Shown: positions 23,524 through 35,236 of the stretch, in pieces | How positions within the stretch are numbered: position 1 is the stretch's first letter | How the letters are laid out: each line of letters opens with the position of its first letter | Source of the DNA: Hormiphora californensis | Taxonomy: Eukaryota; Animalia; Ctenophora | DNA: 64,000 bases | Assembly: GCA_020137815.1 (NCBI GenBank) | Contig: CM035358.1 | Location: forward strand, 558,001-622,000 | Reading direction: 5' to 3' | Notes under the pieces: model-generated | Seen by the model: only the letters and a program-made list of their open reading frames with translations | Databases searched by the model: none | Told to the model about the DNA's origin: nothing | Made by a program: the position numbers and the translations under genes

Positions 23524-26500
23524 CTAAATGTCAACAGCGGGTGAGAGAGCGAACATGATCTGTGCAGTGTAGTAGAGAGTTAGGCCACATAGAGAGTTAA
23601 GGAAACATCGTTTGATAAACCGCTGCCGGGCTACGAACAGATCTGATATGTAGAAAAGGAATGCAGCCGCTAGTAGCCATGTCTTACCACTGTACCTGGA
23701 GGGAAGGGGGTTGTTGGGGTGGTGAAACATTTGCTGAAACGCACATACATTTTCAAATTATATTTTCTAGGGCGTATAATTTGAAAATGAAAGTTCATTT
23801 AAGTGATATGAAGAGACCACCACCATGCAACTTAAAAACTACAAAACTAACCCGTAACTCCCAGAAGCGAACGCAACCATCCAGCTGATTGCGATGCTGT
23901 AGGTGATCACTAGTTTCCTCATTAGGCCACTCGTATAGGGCAGAATGTATCTGTATAGAGTTGGGTAAAGATAGGTCATGATTCATTAGTGGGATGGACG
24001 ATGGGGGGGTAACAACTAGCCGCATGTATGTTAACTCTAATGCAGTCTCTGCACCTGTACACAATGAATGCAGCAGGTCCAATGACGATAGCAGAAAAAC
24101 AGAACCACTTCAACGAGATGCCAATCACCAGAAATGCTCCACTGAAAAAGAATGGGGAGGGATTAAACACATTCCATTATTTAAATCAAAGTTCGAACCG
24201 CCCCCTAAATATATGAGACGGCGCCGTTATACTCTCTCACTCTCCGAGGGGGCAGCGTCGAAAGATCAGGGGTCATAATTTGAGAGAGTCGAACAAGTAA
24301 TAATCACGTCTCACGCGAAGCAATAGTCAGAAAGAGCTAAAAGGTTAAAGATGCAAGTGGAGGGGTTTAAAATTGCATTGGTAAAATTATATAATGCATT
24401 ATATGTACGAGACATGAAGCTAGTCAGGCATTGTCGATCTGACAGTGTCTCATTTCTTGCAATCTGCTTTAGGGCGATTTAAGTAGAACTTCAATAATCG
24501 ATATGATTTGAAATACATCAAATTAGAAATGAGTTATTATTACCTAATTTCTAATAGTTGTAAACTAAATGAGTTTTTAGAACTTGTATATCACATCTTA
24601 TTAAATCTGCGTCACAAGTTTGAAAAATATCATGATATTTCGAGGTGTGCCTCCACCCCATCATGTTGTAGATGTAAGAGAGTCGCAAGCTGGTTGAGGG
24701 CGTGGGGCTGCAATCTATCTTTATCTCTAATGCATTTTACTACATATATTGCTGTTACTTTTAACTTTTAGCGACTTCTGTTCTTTGATGAACTGCAAGG
24801 GTGTCAGGTCACACCTCTAAGAATGAACAACAGTTTCATGGTTCACACTACAGTTCACACCTCTTTGATGAACCACGAGTGATCGTGCTAATGTAGTCTA
24901 GTCTAACTGCTCCATTTGCCCGTTATTTCTGCGGAAGGCACGAATTCATAGTTTATACCTTTAGCATTATATGGTCCGAGGAAGTATCGACTCTAGAATT
25001 TTGAATACGGTCCAATATACGAACCTTTTCTAGACTCTGCAATTTATAGTTTACACGGTCCAATGAACTCATTCTAGACTCTAGAAGGTCCATTATTGGA
25101 ACTCTTTCTAGTCTCTAGAAGGTCCATTACTCTTTCTACACTAACCAGTACATCATGTGAGCCAGTAGGAAGAAGAATGCTCCAATTTGGAAGTGCACGG
25201 GGTTCAGGGAGAGTAACATAACATCACCAAACGCTGAGAGAATCAAACCTGGATATGAGGGGTTGTTAGTTAGGGTACAATACTTCTTGCAAGACTTCTT
25301 GCAAACCAAACATTGGTAACGAAGTTACCCCTCCCTTGCCGGTGCGCGAAGCACACCCTACGAAGTCGCAGAGTGTGAGGTATCTTCGATACCAAGGTAT
25401 GATAACTGTTAACCTGAATTTAGTTTTATTTGGGCTTTGTTAATGAGTTTGAAATGTTACTTGAATTGTTTATACTCCCTTGTCACTTGACAATATGGGT
25501 AACTCAAATGTACCTTCGAAGAGACTATGTGAATCAACATGATACTGAAAACGAAATATGTACTATCATGTTTGGATTTCGATTTCTGAATAATTCTGAA
25601 TAATACTGTCATGTTAATATGAGGGATATGAAAAAGAAGATGCTGTATAACATACAGCAGGTTATCATATACAGTGTGACAAGATCTCCCACGGGTTAAT
25701 CAGTTAGATGGTTGTAAGGTCACGATCATATCTCCCCTCTCTCTTTGTTAACCACTCATTCCCCCATTGCCATTATATCGACATACTGCATGGTGTTAAT
25801 GGACCTCTCCAAATTGGAGACTCCCTAACAATTTCACTATTTAAGTTGCTCTATCTCTCTATTTTATCCCCTCTCTCTGCCCCTCCCTTTGAGATTCAGA
25901 GAGGGAGCGAGGGGAGCTCCTTGCCCTCTGTCTAGCTCTATCTCTCTCTCTGCCCCTCCTTTTCAGAGAGGGAGCGAGGGGAGCTCCTTTCCCTCTGTCT
26001 CTCAAAGATTTGTGAATCCAGTCTAAATGTTGCAACCCTTTTTGTCAATCTTTATCACTAATGCTCTTTTGATGCATTATCCATCTCTTGTGGCCCCATA
26101 GTGAACCTTAGTGGTTCAATATCTCTCAATATCTCTCATAATATTCATCTTGTGTGCAATATCCATTTGTTGTAAAGGGGTTTTGATGCGAGACAAGAGA
26201 GATGGTGTACATGGAACCGAACTAAATTTTGCCAAAGCTTATAAACTATACTAAATACTAATTAATCTCTCCTTAACCGAGTTCTGCCCGTGTATGTGTG
26301 AGATTCCCCATTAAGATCACCAGAAGGAGATATAGAAAATATTTGTCCAATCAACACATGTTATGATTGCTATCCATCGTAAGACTCAAGAATTATAGTC
26401 AAGAATAGATTATTATTTATTTGTCTTCCTTGCTTAGACAAAACAAGATGTTAAACATGTATAAACTATTGACGTGAGAGCTCAGCTGTATCAAAAACAC

Positions 26501-26931
26501 ATCTACCTATATAACACATGATCTACCCACTTTAAAAAGTGGGTAGATGTGTTATACTTTGTTACAGCTTTGGTTCATATCTCACTATACCAGTATCAAC
26601 TAACACGGTCGCTTGTAGTGGGAAAACGGTAATGGAAAACGAAGATACAGTAAGACGACGCGCAACCGTGACCAATCAGGGCGCTAGTACGTGCTGACAA
26701 ATGAACTTTTTGCCGCACGTTATGCACCGTGCACGTCTCCTTACTGTATTTTGCGTTACCGTATTTTGACTGCAAGCAGCACTGTAATAGTTGAGCTTTA
26801 GTTGATAAAATAGGCGATATTTTCCTTTCTTATTTCTCTCTCTTTGCACTAAGGCCCATGGTCCGTACCACCCTGATTGCTCTGGGGCACTATACGGTTA
26901 CCAAGTTTGAGTCCAGCCCCATGCGAGAGAA

Positions 26932-26984
<53 letters not shown>

Positions 26985-29981
26985 AAGGAGGAGGAGTAGA
27001 GAAGTTCTAGATTATCTGGGATTAATGTTAAATAAGTCAACCACGCCTCTGAATATTGTCATAATTCTCTTTGACCCTATCACTAGCGCAATATTGTCTA
27101 CGCCAAAGACACTCTTACAAATGGCACTAGAATTAAATAAGAAATTAAATGGAAACCTAACTGGATATGAAGGAAGAGATAGAGGGAGAGAATAGAGACT
27201 CGAGAAAGTAAAAGATAAGAAGAGATAGAGAGAGATAGAACCCGAGAAAAGGGGAAATAAGATAGATAAGAGAATCTATATATATACTAAACATATATCT
27301 ACTCTCCATCTCTATCTTCTGCTATCTTACTCTCTCTCTCCTTACATCCCTCTCTTCATCTTCCCTAATAATCTCGGAACCCCATAGTAAAAGTATTGCA
27401 CCAATAATCCGATCCCCTAAGAGCCGTAAGCACACGAGCCCCCGAAGATAGTGGATAGGGAAAGGGAATTGCAATTTGCCCCCCCCCCCCCCTAAATGCC
27501 TTCTATTAGCTCCCCTCAGCCTCTCTCCGTTACATTTTTCTCATGCTATTTTATCTTTATGTGCTTTCTTTGTCTTGCCCATATTTTACTTTTGTTTTGT
27601 CTTTCCAAAACCTCATATTTAAAAAGGGATAATGTCCTTCGCAGGCCGCTCTCACTGCCTATGTAAGATTCAGACTGCGTCGAAGGCATTGTCTCCTGGC
27701 CTTTTCGCAGCCTTAATCTTGGCTAGTCGAATTTTTTGAGAGTTATTAATAAAGTAGAATATCTCTTCTCTCTCTCTATCCTCTCTCTCTCTCCCCTCTC
27801 TCTCCGCGTGCTCCTCCCCGCCTAGCTCTCTCTCACTATACCCAGTTTAGCCTTCTTCTTATCCTTTCCTTCTATTCTTATATTCTCTTGAGAAGATTTG
27901 TCGGAAAAGAAATTGTTTTCCCTTTTCCCTTATTTAATATCCTTTTTCTCTATCGCTCCTTCAGTTTCACTTTTTCTGATACCATTAAGTGCGTTTAACA
28001 TAACCCCCCTATTTTCTGCTAGCTATATCATGTCTACCAGTAGCGGTAACTTGTTCCCACTATCAGACAGCTGCCCAACCCATCCCGGCGTATCAGCTGA
28101 ATACGAGGCTCGTTTTGGACTTAACTCAACCATGGATATCGCCACTAATTTCCTGTCTCAAGTCAACTACCTCTCTCTGATTGGTTCAACCCAACTACTT
28201 ATTGGTGGTGTGGGTGTCACACTGAACGGACTAACCCTGAGCTACTACTGCCGACTAAAAAAGCAACTGTTTGGGTGTGTCCACAAGACTATGACTCTGG
28301 TAGACCTTGTTAGCGGGGTCGGTGCGATTATCCTTGGGCTCAGTATATTCTGGTTACTCCAGGGGAACCCACCCTACAGCTACTCCATCCAGTTCAGTTC
28401 AACAGTTGTCATGGTGCTAACCCGTGTATCAGCGTGGAACCACCTCCTACTAAACCTCCTCAGGACACAGAGCGTTACATCTCCATCCCGATCTGTTGCT
28501 AACTCTACTATGGTATCCCTCCTCCTTCTACCCATGGTTCTCTGGTGCGGAGTGGCACTGGGCGATATCTTCGCAGAGAGCGAGCTGCCCTGTGTTTATC
28601 ATGTGCGGTACAACCTGATAATGCCCATATTAGGTCGGGGGTTCATGGAACGGATATCCCTGTCTCTCTGCTCCACACCCTGGTATCCTGGTATTATGGG
28701 GTTGTTGCTAGTGTGCCCATTCCTCCTTCCATCCATCACCATCTTGGTTCTCATGATAACCCAGGTTTATGTGCTGATATTCAAGAACAGACAGGTCACT
28801 AGGAAGAGTGCCCGTAGTAGGAAAATGGCCCAAACTATTGTCTACCTGTCTCTCTCCTACTCCATCTGCCATAGTCTCTACACTGTAGTAACACTGGGTG
28901 ACAACAAGAACTCTCTCCTTCTATTCTTCACCTCCTCAACAGCTCCTGCCCTTCACACCATGATAACCCCTGCTATCCTGATACTGAGAGGCCGGGCCCT
29001 CCAGACATATTGTCTGAATGTTGTGGAGAAGTACGGGGTGAGGAGAAGTAATTGGCCTGCAAGGGTACCAGGCCCTCCCATGGCTATAGACAGGAACTTG
29101 ACTACAGTGAAACCAGAAGGGAAGGAGATTACACGGTATAATAAACCTTCTAACTCACTAGGACTATAATGGGGTTTTATGTGATATTTTGTATTTATTT
29201 CTGTTAGCCTCATATTTTGAGGTAGGATGAGTTTCGTTTGTTTGGAGGCAGTGCTTCCATGTTTTCTGTTGAGCTGTTATTGTATGAAATGGTGACCCTT
29301 TTGCAATTTGCTCGCAGACATGTGTTTATTACAGATCCTGATCAAAACAGTGTCTCAGATAGATGAGAATAGAAATGCTCTGTGCAACTTACCCCAGAAT
29401 AAGTAGCTGCCCTGGTCACTGTTCACTAAGGAGCTACTCCTTGCCAGATAGAGGAATCCCAAAGAGGCAACAGTTTTAGTAACACTCTTTACATACTTGG
29501 AATAACCTGAAATGGGTTTATTAATTACAGGGTTTTATTGTTCATGTTATTGCCTCTACCACAGTATCGATGTAGAACATAATTCCCCTTAGAGGAAACA
29601 GATACTCTTGCTTATGAAGTTAAAAAAAGTGGTAAGTTCTTCAGCCGTGCTCGGTTGAAGAATTCTCAATCTTGATAAACTTTAGATATCATACTATTGA
29701 ATAATTAAAATAATAACGGAATATGTATAATATGATAAAACCCTCCTGAAATCGAACGTTTGTAAAGAGGTCAGTCATTATTATTGTGATCGGTATTCTC
29801 AATACATTGGTACGGTACTTTTCTAATGAAGACATTAAAGTTAAGTTGTAAGTAGTATTCATAACCATTAACTCAAATTACATAATGTCTCACCATAAAA
29901 CTCGTTGACTAGCAGGAGAGAGAGTGAGGTTAGGGTAACGTAAACGGGAGTCAGGGACAATACCAGGTGATCCTTGTTCAT
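23524..29981 (-). CDS. YhhN/TMEM86-like lysoplasmalogenase family membrane protein (about 6 exons)
   Basis: Exons encode MNKDHLVLSLTPVYV..., KSVTKTVASLGFLYLA...YLFWG, LILSAFGDVMLL...FQIGAFFFLLAHMMY and LFYISDLFVARQRF...LYYTAQIMFAL. The GD, AH..Y, SD and YY.AQ motifs are those of YhhN. Confidence 0.85.
26485..26787. repeat. Two short degenerate inverted repeats (MITE relics)
   Basis: ATCTACCCACTTTAAAAAGTGGGTAGAT hairpin at ~26520-26550; ACGGTAA...ATACAGTAAG...CTTACTGTAT...TTACCGT at 26625-26762. Confidence 0.5.
28030..29169 (+). CDS. Intronless rhodopsin-like 7TM GPCR (divergent), nested antisense in an intron of the YhhN-like gene
   Basis: Seven hydrophobic segments: TM1 GVGVTLN, TM2 LVDL, TM3 ending LLRTQSVTSP, basic IL3 RKSARSRKMAQTI, TM7 ITPAILILR. 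Likely ATG 28030, preceded by a polypyrimidine-AG. Confidence 0.85.
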   Translation: MSTSSGNLFPLSDSCPTHPGVSAEYEARFGLNSTMDIATNFLSQVNYLSLIGSTQLLIGGVGVTLNGLTLSYYCRLKKQLFGCVHKTMTLVDLVSGVGAIILGLSIFWLLQGNPPYSYSIQFSSTVVMVLTRVSAWNHLLLNLLRTQSVTSPSRSVANSTMVSLLLLPMVLWCGVALGDIFAESELPCVYHVRYNLIMPILGRGFMERISLSLCSTPWYPGIMGLLLVCPFLLPSITILVLMITQVYVLIFKNRQVTRKSARSRKMAQTIVYLSLSYSICHSLYTVVTLGDNKNSLLLFFTSSTAPALHTMITPAILILRGRALQTYCLNVVEKYGVRRSNWPARVPGPPMAIDRNLTTVKPEGKEITRYNKPSNSLGL

Positions 29982-30120
29982 TTGCTGTAATGAGGGGTAC
30001 TTCAGATTGTAAATCTAAATTATTGTGTGGTGATCATTGTCAGAGCAGAACAAAATCAGAAACATAGTTAAAAAAGGGTAAAAATAATAAATAAACTACG
30101 GCAACATGTAAAGCAATGTT

Positions 30121-30655
30121 GGGGGGGGGGTGCAGCCCCAAAAAAATTCAAACTTTTTCCGAAACCCAGGGTACGGTTGGTTTTTTTTGGTCGTTTTTGG
30201 TCGTTTTTGGTCGTTTTTGGTTGAAATTTCTTTGATTTTTTTGGTCGTTTTTGATTTTTTTTGGTCGTTTTTGATTTTTTTTGATCGTTTTTGATTTTTT
30301 TTGAATTTTTTTGATCTTTTTTGAATTTTTTTGATCGTTTTTGATTTTTTTTGGTTGTTTAATGTTGAACAAAAAGTTCAAAGAAAATCAAAAACGATCA
30401 AATAAAATCAAAAACGATCAAAAAAATTCAAAAAAATTCAAAAAAAATAAAAAACGATCAAAAAAAATCAAAAAAGATCAAAAAAAAATCAAAAAAGATC
30501 AAAAAAAATTAAAAAAAATCAAAAAAGATCAAAAAAAATAAAAAAAAATCAAAAAAGATCAAAAAAAATCAAAAACGACCAAAAAAAAATCAACACTTTT
30601 GAAAATCCAGGGTATGGTTGGTTTTTTTGGGCTGCACCCCCCCCCCCCCCCCCCC
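30121..30655. mobile_element. Small foldback element with inverted arrays of ~10-bp AAAAA(C/A)GATCA repeats
   Basis: G-run-TGCAGCCCCAAAAAAA ... TTTTTTTGGGCTGCA-C-run termini. T-rich repeats on the left mirror A-rich repeats on the right. Confidence 0.7.
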
Positions 30656-31553
30656 ACCCCCCCAAGTTTTTAGAAGATCGAGAGTGGGAAAGCATTAGAT
30701 GAATTGGAAGGGAGATGCATTGGAAAAGGAAGGAAAAGAAGTTTAAAAGTAAAGGAAGGAATAAAAAACCCTGGTTATACCCCCAACTCACCCCCTTTTT
30801 TGGTTGGCCCCAAACCCAACTAAAAATCGGCCTTATACAATCCTTCATTGGAAAAGTAATAACAAAACTTAGTACTTTAAATAACTGAGAGAAAAGTAAA
30901 ACTGCCTGAACGTCGAAGAGATTTGATAGAAAAGGACCCACATTTTTTTATACGCAAACTACGTCCCACAGTTAAACAACTCCATAATTCCCATTTCTCT
31001 CAGTTACCCTCAATTAAAGGGTCAGTCACACGGTTTACTTAAAAATTTCTCTTTCCCTCAATTAAAGGTATAAAAACCGGTGTAAACGAAAACCGGAAAA
31101 AAAAGGAGGAAAAAGAGAAGATAAAGAAAAAAGGGAAAAAAAAGGGGAAGAATTTGCGACCAAAACGAAGCAAATAAAAATTTTCCGGATGCGACTACTT
31201 TTTCTTTATTACTCTTTTTTCTCTCTCTTCTCCCTTTTCTCTCTTTTTTTTGGTTTTTTTTTCTCTCTTCTCTCTTTTTCTCCTCGTCTTTTGGAAAAAT
31301 CTTGGAGTCGGAGAAAATAGTAGTAAGCCTCAACCGTTTCAAGAACCTGTCTTTGTGGTTTCAGAACCCTAATTACATATTGATGCAATAGCCTCCACGC
31401 AACATCTCACGAACACTCTGAATAAAATGCAATATATCTATTAGCAAGCCCCCCATTATCTAAAATACCATTATCCCAACATGCATCTAATATATCAGTC
31501 ACTGCTTTCACAAATAAAATGTTTCTGTCGCCCGATCGCTCAATAAAGTTTCT

Positions 31554-33602
31554 CTAAACAGCATTATGATGGTGTCCAGTTGGTGTGGCGATGAACCAAT
31601 CAACCTCAAGTGTTCTCCTCCTGATATTGCAGAGACCTGTCAGATTCACTTTCCAATTCCACTCCACTCTCACTATGTGTCAACCCTGTGTGATGATGTT
31701 ATTAATGAAGTAATCAAAGAAATACACGGTAATTCAGTACTGAATTCAAAACAAAATGTCTTGAGTAGCGACAAATTATGTGATGTTTACCAGAGTTCAG
31801 TACTGCTAACAACATATGATATAGGAGAATCACCCTTTATCTAGACATGAACGGTTCAATGCAGCACTCAGTTGCACCCTGTTCTTAATAAGGGGGGGGG
31901 GGAGCGGGGGGTTGGTAACTCAGTAACTCACCTATAACACTCCTCTCCTCTAGCTCCCCATACACATAACCATTAGCTTTATCAACAGCTTTACACAGCC
32001 GGTGGAGACAACCCAGATCCTGAAATGAAGTGTCACGTGATGTGTAGGGAAATGGAAGATATTGTGGTATCAATATTGTGTGATCACTGGAAGACAGATC
32101 ACCTTGAAATACTCTTATCTCAGGTCCTAGTTGAACTACACAAACATACCTGTACGTTTAGTGGGTAAAACGACACCAAATTGTAGTCCTCTACTAAACC
32201 AATTAGAGCGGCATTTAACCGAATAAACCTCTTCCCACAAACTCTCTCATCCAGATGTTCTAATAGGTAGGAGAGATCCAGTACCTCCGTGTAGTAGTTC
32301 AACTTGAAATCTGAAATTAATAATATTGAAACAGGGTCTAGCTAGGCAAGATACACCAGCTGTCACGTGATGCCCATATTTGGTGTGTCACGTGATGCCC
32401 ATATTCGGTGTGTCACGTGATGCCCATATTTGGTGTGTCACGTGATGCCCATATTTGGTGTGTCACGTGATGCCCATTATTGGATTGTCACGTGATACTT
32501 ACCGAGAGGTCCCATTTTGTTGACTAGGTCAATCTTAGAGAGGACATTGATGTGTGGCAGTTCGAGGTGCAGCATACTAGAGAGACTGGTTAGGAGTACT
32601 GAGATGAATTTAGAGGCATCCGCACAGTAGTGAGAATCTACCAGACTAACAACACACAGCTGTGGAGGGGGATTGCAGGGGTTACTATGGTTACAGGGCC
32701 GTTACTATGACCTTGGTTGTTTGGGCAAGATAAATTATGTTATAGTTTCAGGTTAGTTGTTAGTGATAAACCTACGCATTTGAAAATTTCAGGTAGTTTG
32801 TTTCCTTTTTTACCTGGATTCCCCATTTAGTTATTTCATTGACAATATTCCTGAACGATGAATGATGTGTGTATAGCTCCACTTGACCGGGACAATCAAA
32901 TATTACATAGGCCCCACGGGACACTATCTGATCCTTTAACTCCTCCATGTGGGACTCAATATACTCCATAGAGAACAGAATGGCTCCATTGGGTCCGAGA
33001 TGGAGGCGCTCCATAACCTGGGGAATTTAGGGAACATCATGACATCTATCAGTATTGAGGGATGGAAATGAGATGAAATGTCGGAATTGAAAGGGACTGC
33101 ATATTTTAAATCATTGAGTTGCCGATAATAGCAATTTGATGAACTTTCCCCTTACAACCAGAAAACGTGGATGGCAGATGAGACTTTCATCATGAAAGTG
33201 GTATTATCTTACTAAAATATATACCCCAGTTCTGTTTAACATGTTCTGTTTAACATGAATGGGATATGTATTGGTCACGAATCACGATAATAATCATGCA
33301 ATAGAGGACTGATATAATATCAAATTTACCGAATATTGCAGGTTATGATTTAGGTCACGTAATAGTTAAACGTTTAAATTTAACTTTAAATTCTGACAGT
33401 AATTTGACGTTGCACGTAGAGTGGTAGTGACAGTATTAGCTGGAAGGTCACGCATGTCGCAAAATATAAAATGATAGAGAGGTCTTTAAATGGCGGTGGA
33501 CAAAGAAAAAGAGACATCTATCCAGAGACTAAAAGATATAAATCCCCCTACCCCTCCCCAACCCTCTTGCTTCTGTCATTTGTGAGAGAATGAGAAAGAT
33601 AT

Positions 33603-33686
<84 letters not shown>

Positions 33687-34179
33687 CAAGAAAGAGAAAG
33701 AGAGAGAGAGAGAAAACAATAGAGGAAGAGAGCGAGAGATAGTGAGAGAAGGAAGGGTACAACACTATACCTCATCTACTTCCACAATATCCTGCACATC
33801 AATATCAGCCTGGTAGGGAGGCTGCTCGTTTGCAGGATCCAGATTCACCACCACTACAGGCCGCTTTATTGTGTTCCTCAAGTGGAATGACATTGCCCTG
33901 CAGTACGTGCTCTTCCCTGACAAGAGTTATTATTGTTGAGATGTGTCAACAAGGTCTGTACAACATGATATGGTTACAGAAAGTTGATTGTTCAATGAAA
34001 AATGTTCATCTTGTCCCAACCGGAAGGGGTTAGGGGGCATTAGACAATTGCAATGAAACATTGAACTATCATTTCCAGGAATGGCGTCAGACGTTCTAAC
34101 ATTATTATACTGGTCACTATTATTGGTGTCTCTTACCTGAGCCAGGGGGTCCGATAACAAGTTGACCAAACAGCGTCAT
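31554..34179 (-). CDS. GPN2: GPN-loop GTPase 2
   Basis: Exons encode [14 protein letters not shown]|[52 protein letters not shown]...[25 protein letters not shown] and [10 protein letters not shown]. The last two motifs are GPN2-type. Confidence 0.92.
32361..32496. repeat. 25-bp minisatellite carrying six TCACGTGA palindromes, in a GPN2 intron
   Basis: (TGTCACGTGATGCCCATATTTGGTG)n. Confidence 0.9.
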
Positions 34180-34927
34180 TACATTCCTATAGACAGATAG
34201 ATAGAATGAAAGAAAGTGTGGTTAAACCTTTTTCGTCGGCGGATTAATTTTTGGCAGTATGAACTATGATTCATTTTCTAAAAACATCCCTCTCGCCTGT
34301 AGGAGGGATGGTACGTGCTATGGGCAACAATTGCGTACTGCAAATCTTACTTCTGGCACTCCTTCTACATCACCACTTGAGTTGAACAATGCCATCTAGC
34401 CGCTCAGAAGAACTGAAAGGGAGAGCCATTAGCACAGGATGCCCGGGGAATTTGCCGTTATATATAGCTCTTAGTCTAGTGGAGATAATAGTGGAGACTA
34501 GAAGTACTCTATGGTTGGATTGTGCAGTAGACTTGATCGGAGCGTTACAGAGAGGCCTATAATATGAATTTTATTCAAGCGTAGCATGCTGTTTTGCCCC
34601 CTTGTTGGCTCCATCGCGCTGGAGCGATATATATAAGGAGAGACAAAGAGAAAGGGGAGATGGGGGATATCTTTCGTTAATTTCCTGTCATAGCTATAAT
34701 ATATTATAGCATGCTTTACATCACATACAGAGAGAGAGGATGAGAGAGAGAGAACGAAGTAGAGGACGATATGAGAGCTAGAGCAGAGATGAGAGAGAAG
34801 ACCGACGAGAAGCGAGAGAGATAGACGAGATGAGAGAGAGAGAGAGAGAGAACGCGATTCAATCGTTAGCTTAATACCCTTATTATTAACTCATGGTGGC
34901 TTTGTCCCCTTAGACCTGTTATCTCTG

Positions 34928-35029
34928 TCTATAGTCAACAGCGATTGCACGTTAATAATAATTCATGCAGCGACTATTTATAGTCGCTGCATGAATTATT
35001 ATTAACGCATAATCGCTGTTGACTATAGA
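34928..35029. repeat. ~100-bp near-perfect palindrome (MITE-like)
   Basis: TCTATAGTCAACAGCGATT...GCAGCGACTAT TT ATAGTCGCTGC...AATCGCTGTTGACTATAGA. Confidence 0.85.
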
Positions 35030-35236
35030 AAGATCATGTGCCATGTAGACTGCTATGTTTTAATATATTGAATATTCATATGTCATTCTCAAACCATTCA
35101 GTATTATAATCAGGATATTCATAAATCTAACCCAGAATATTATACGCCGTAATTAGCTGTAAGGGAGAGCTTGAAACCTACTTAGCATCTCTCCATATGC
35201 CCCAGTATAAGTATAGCTATTTTCTGTTGGTTACTA

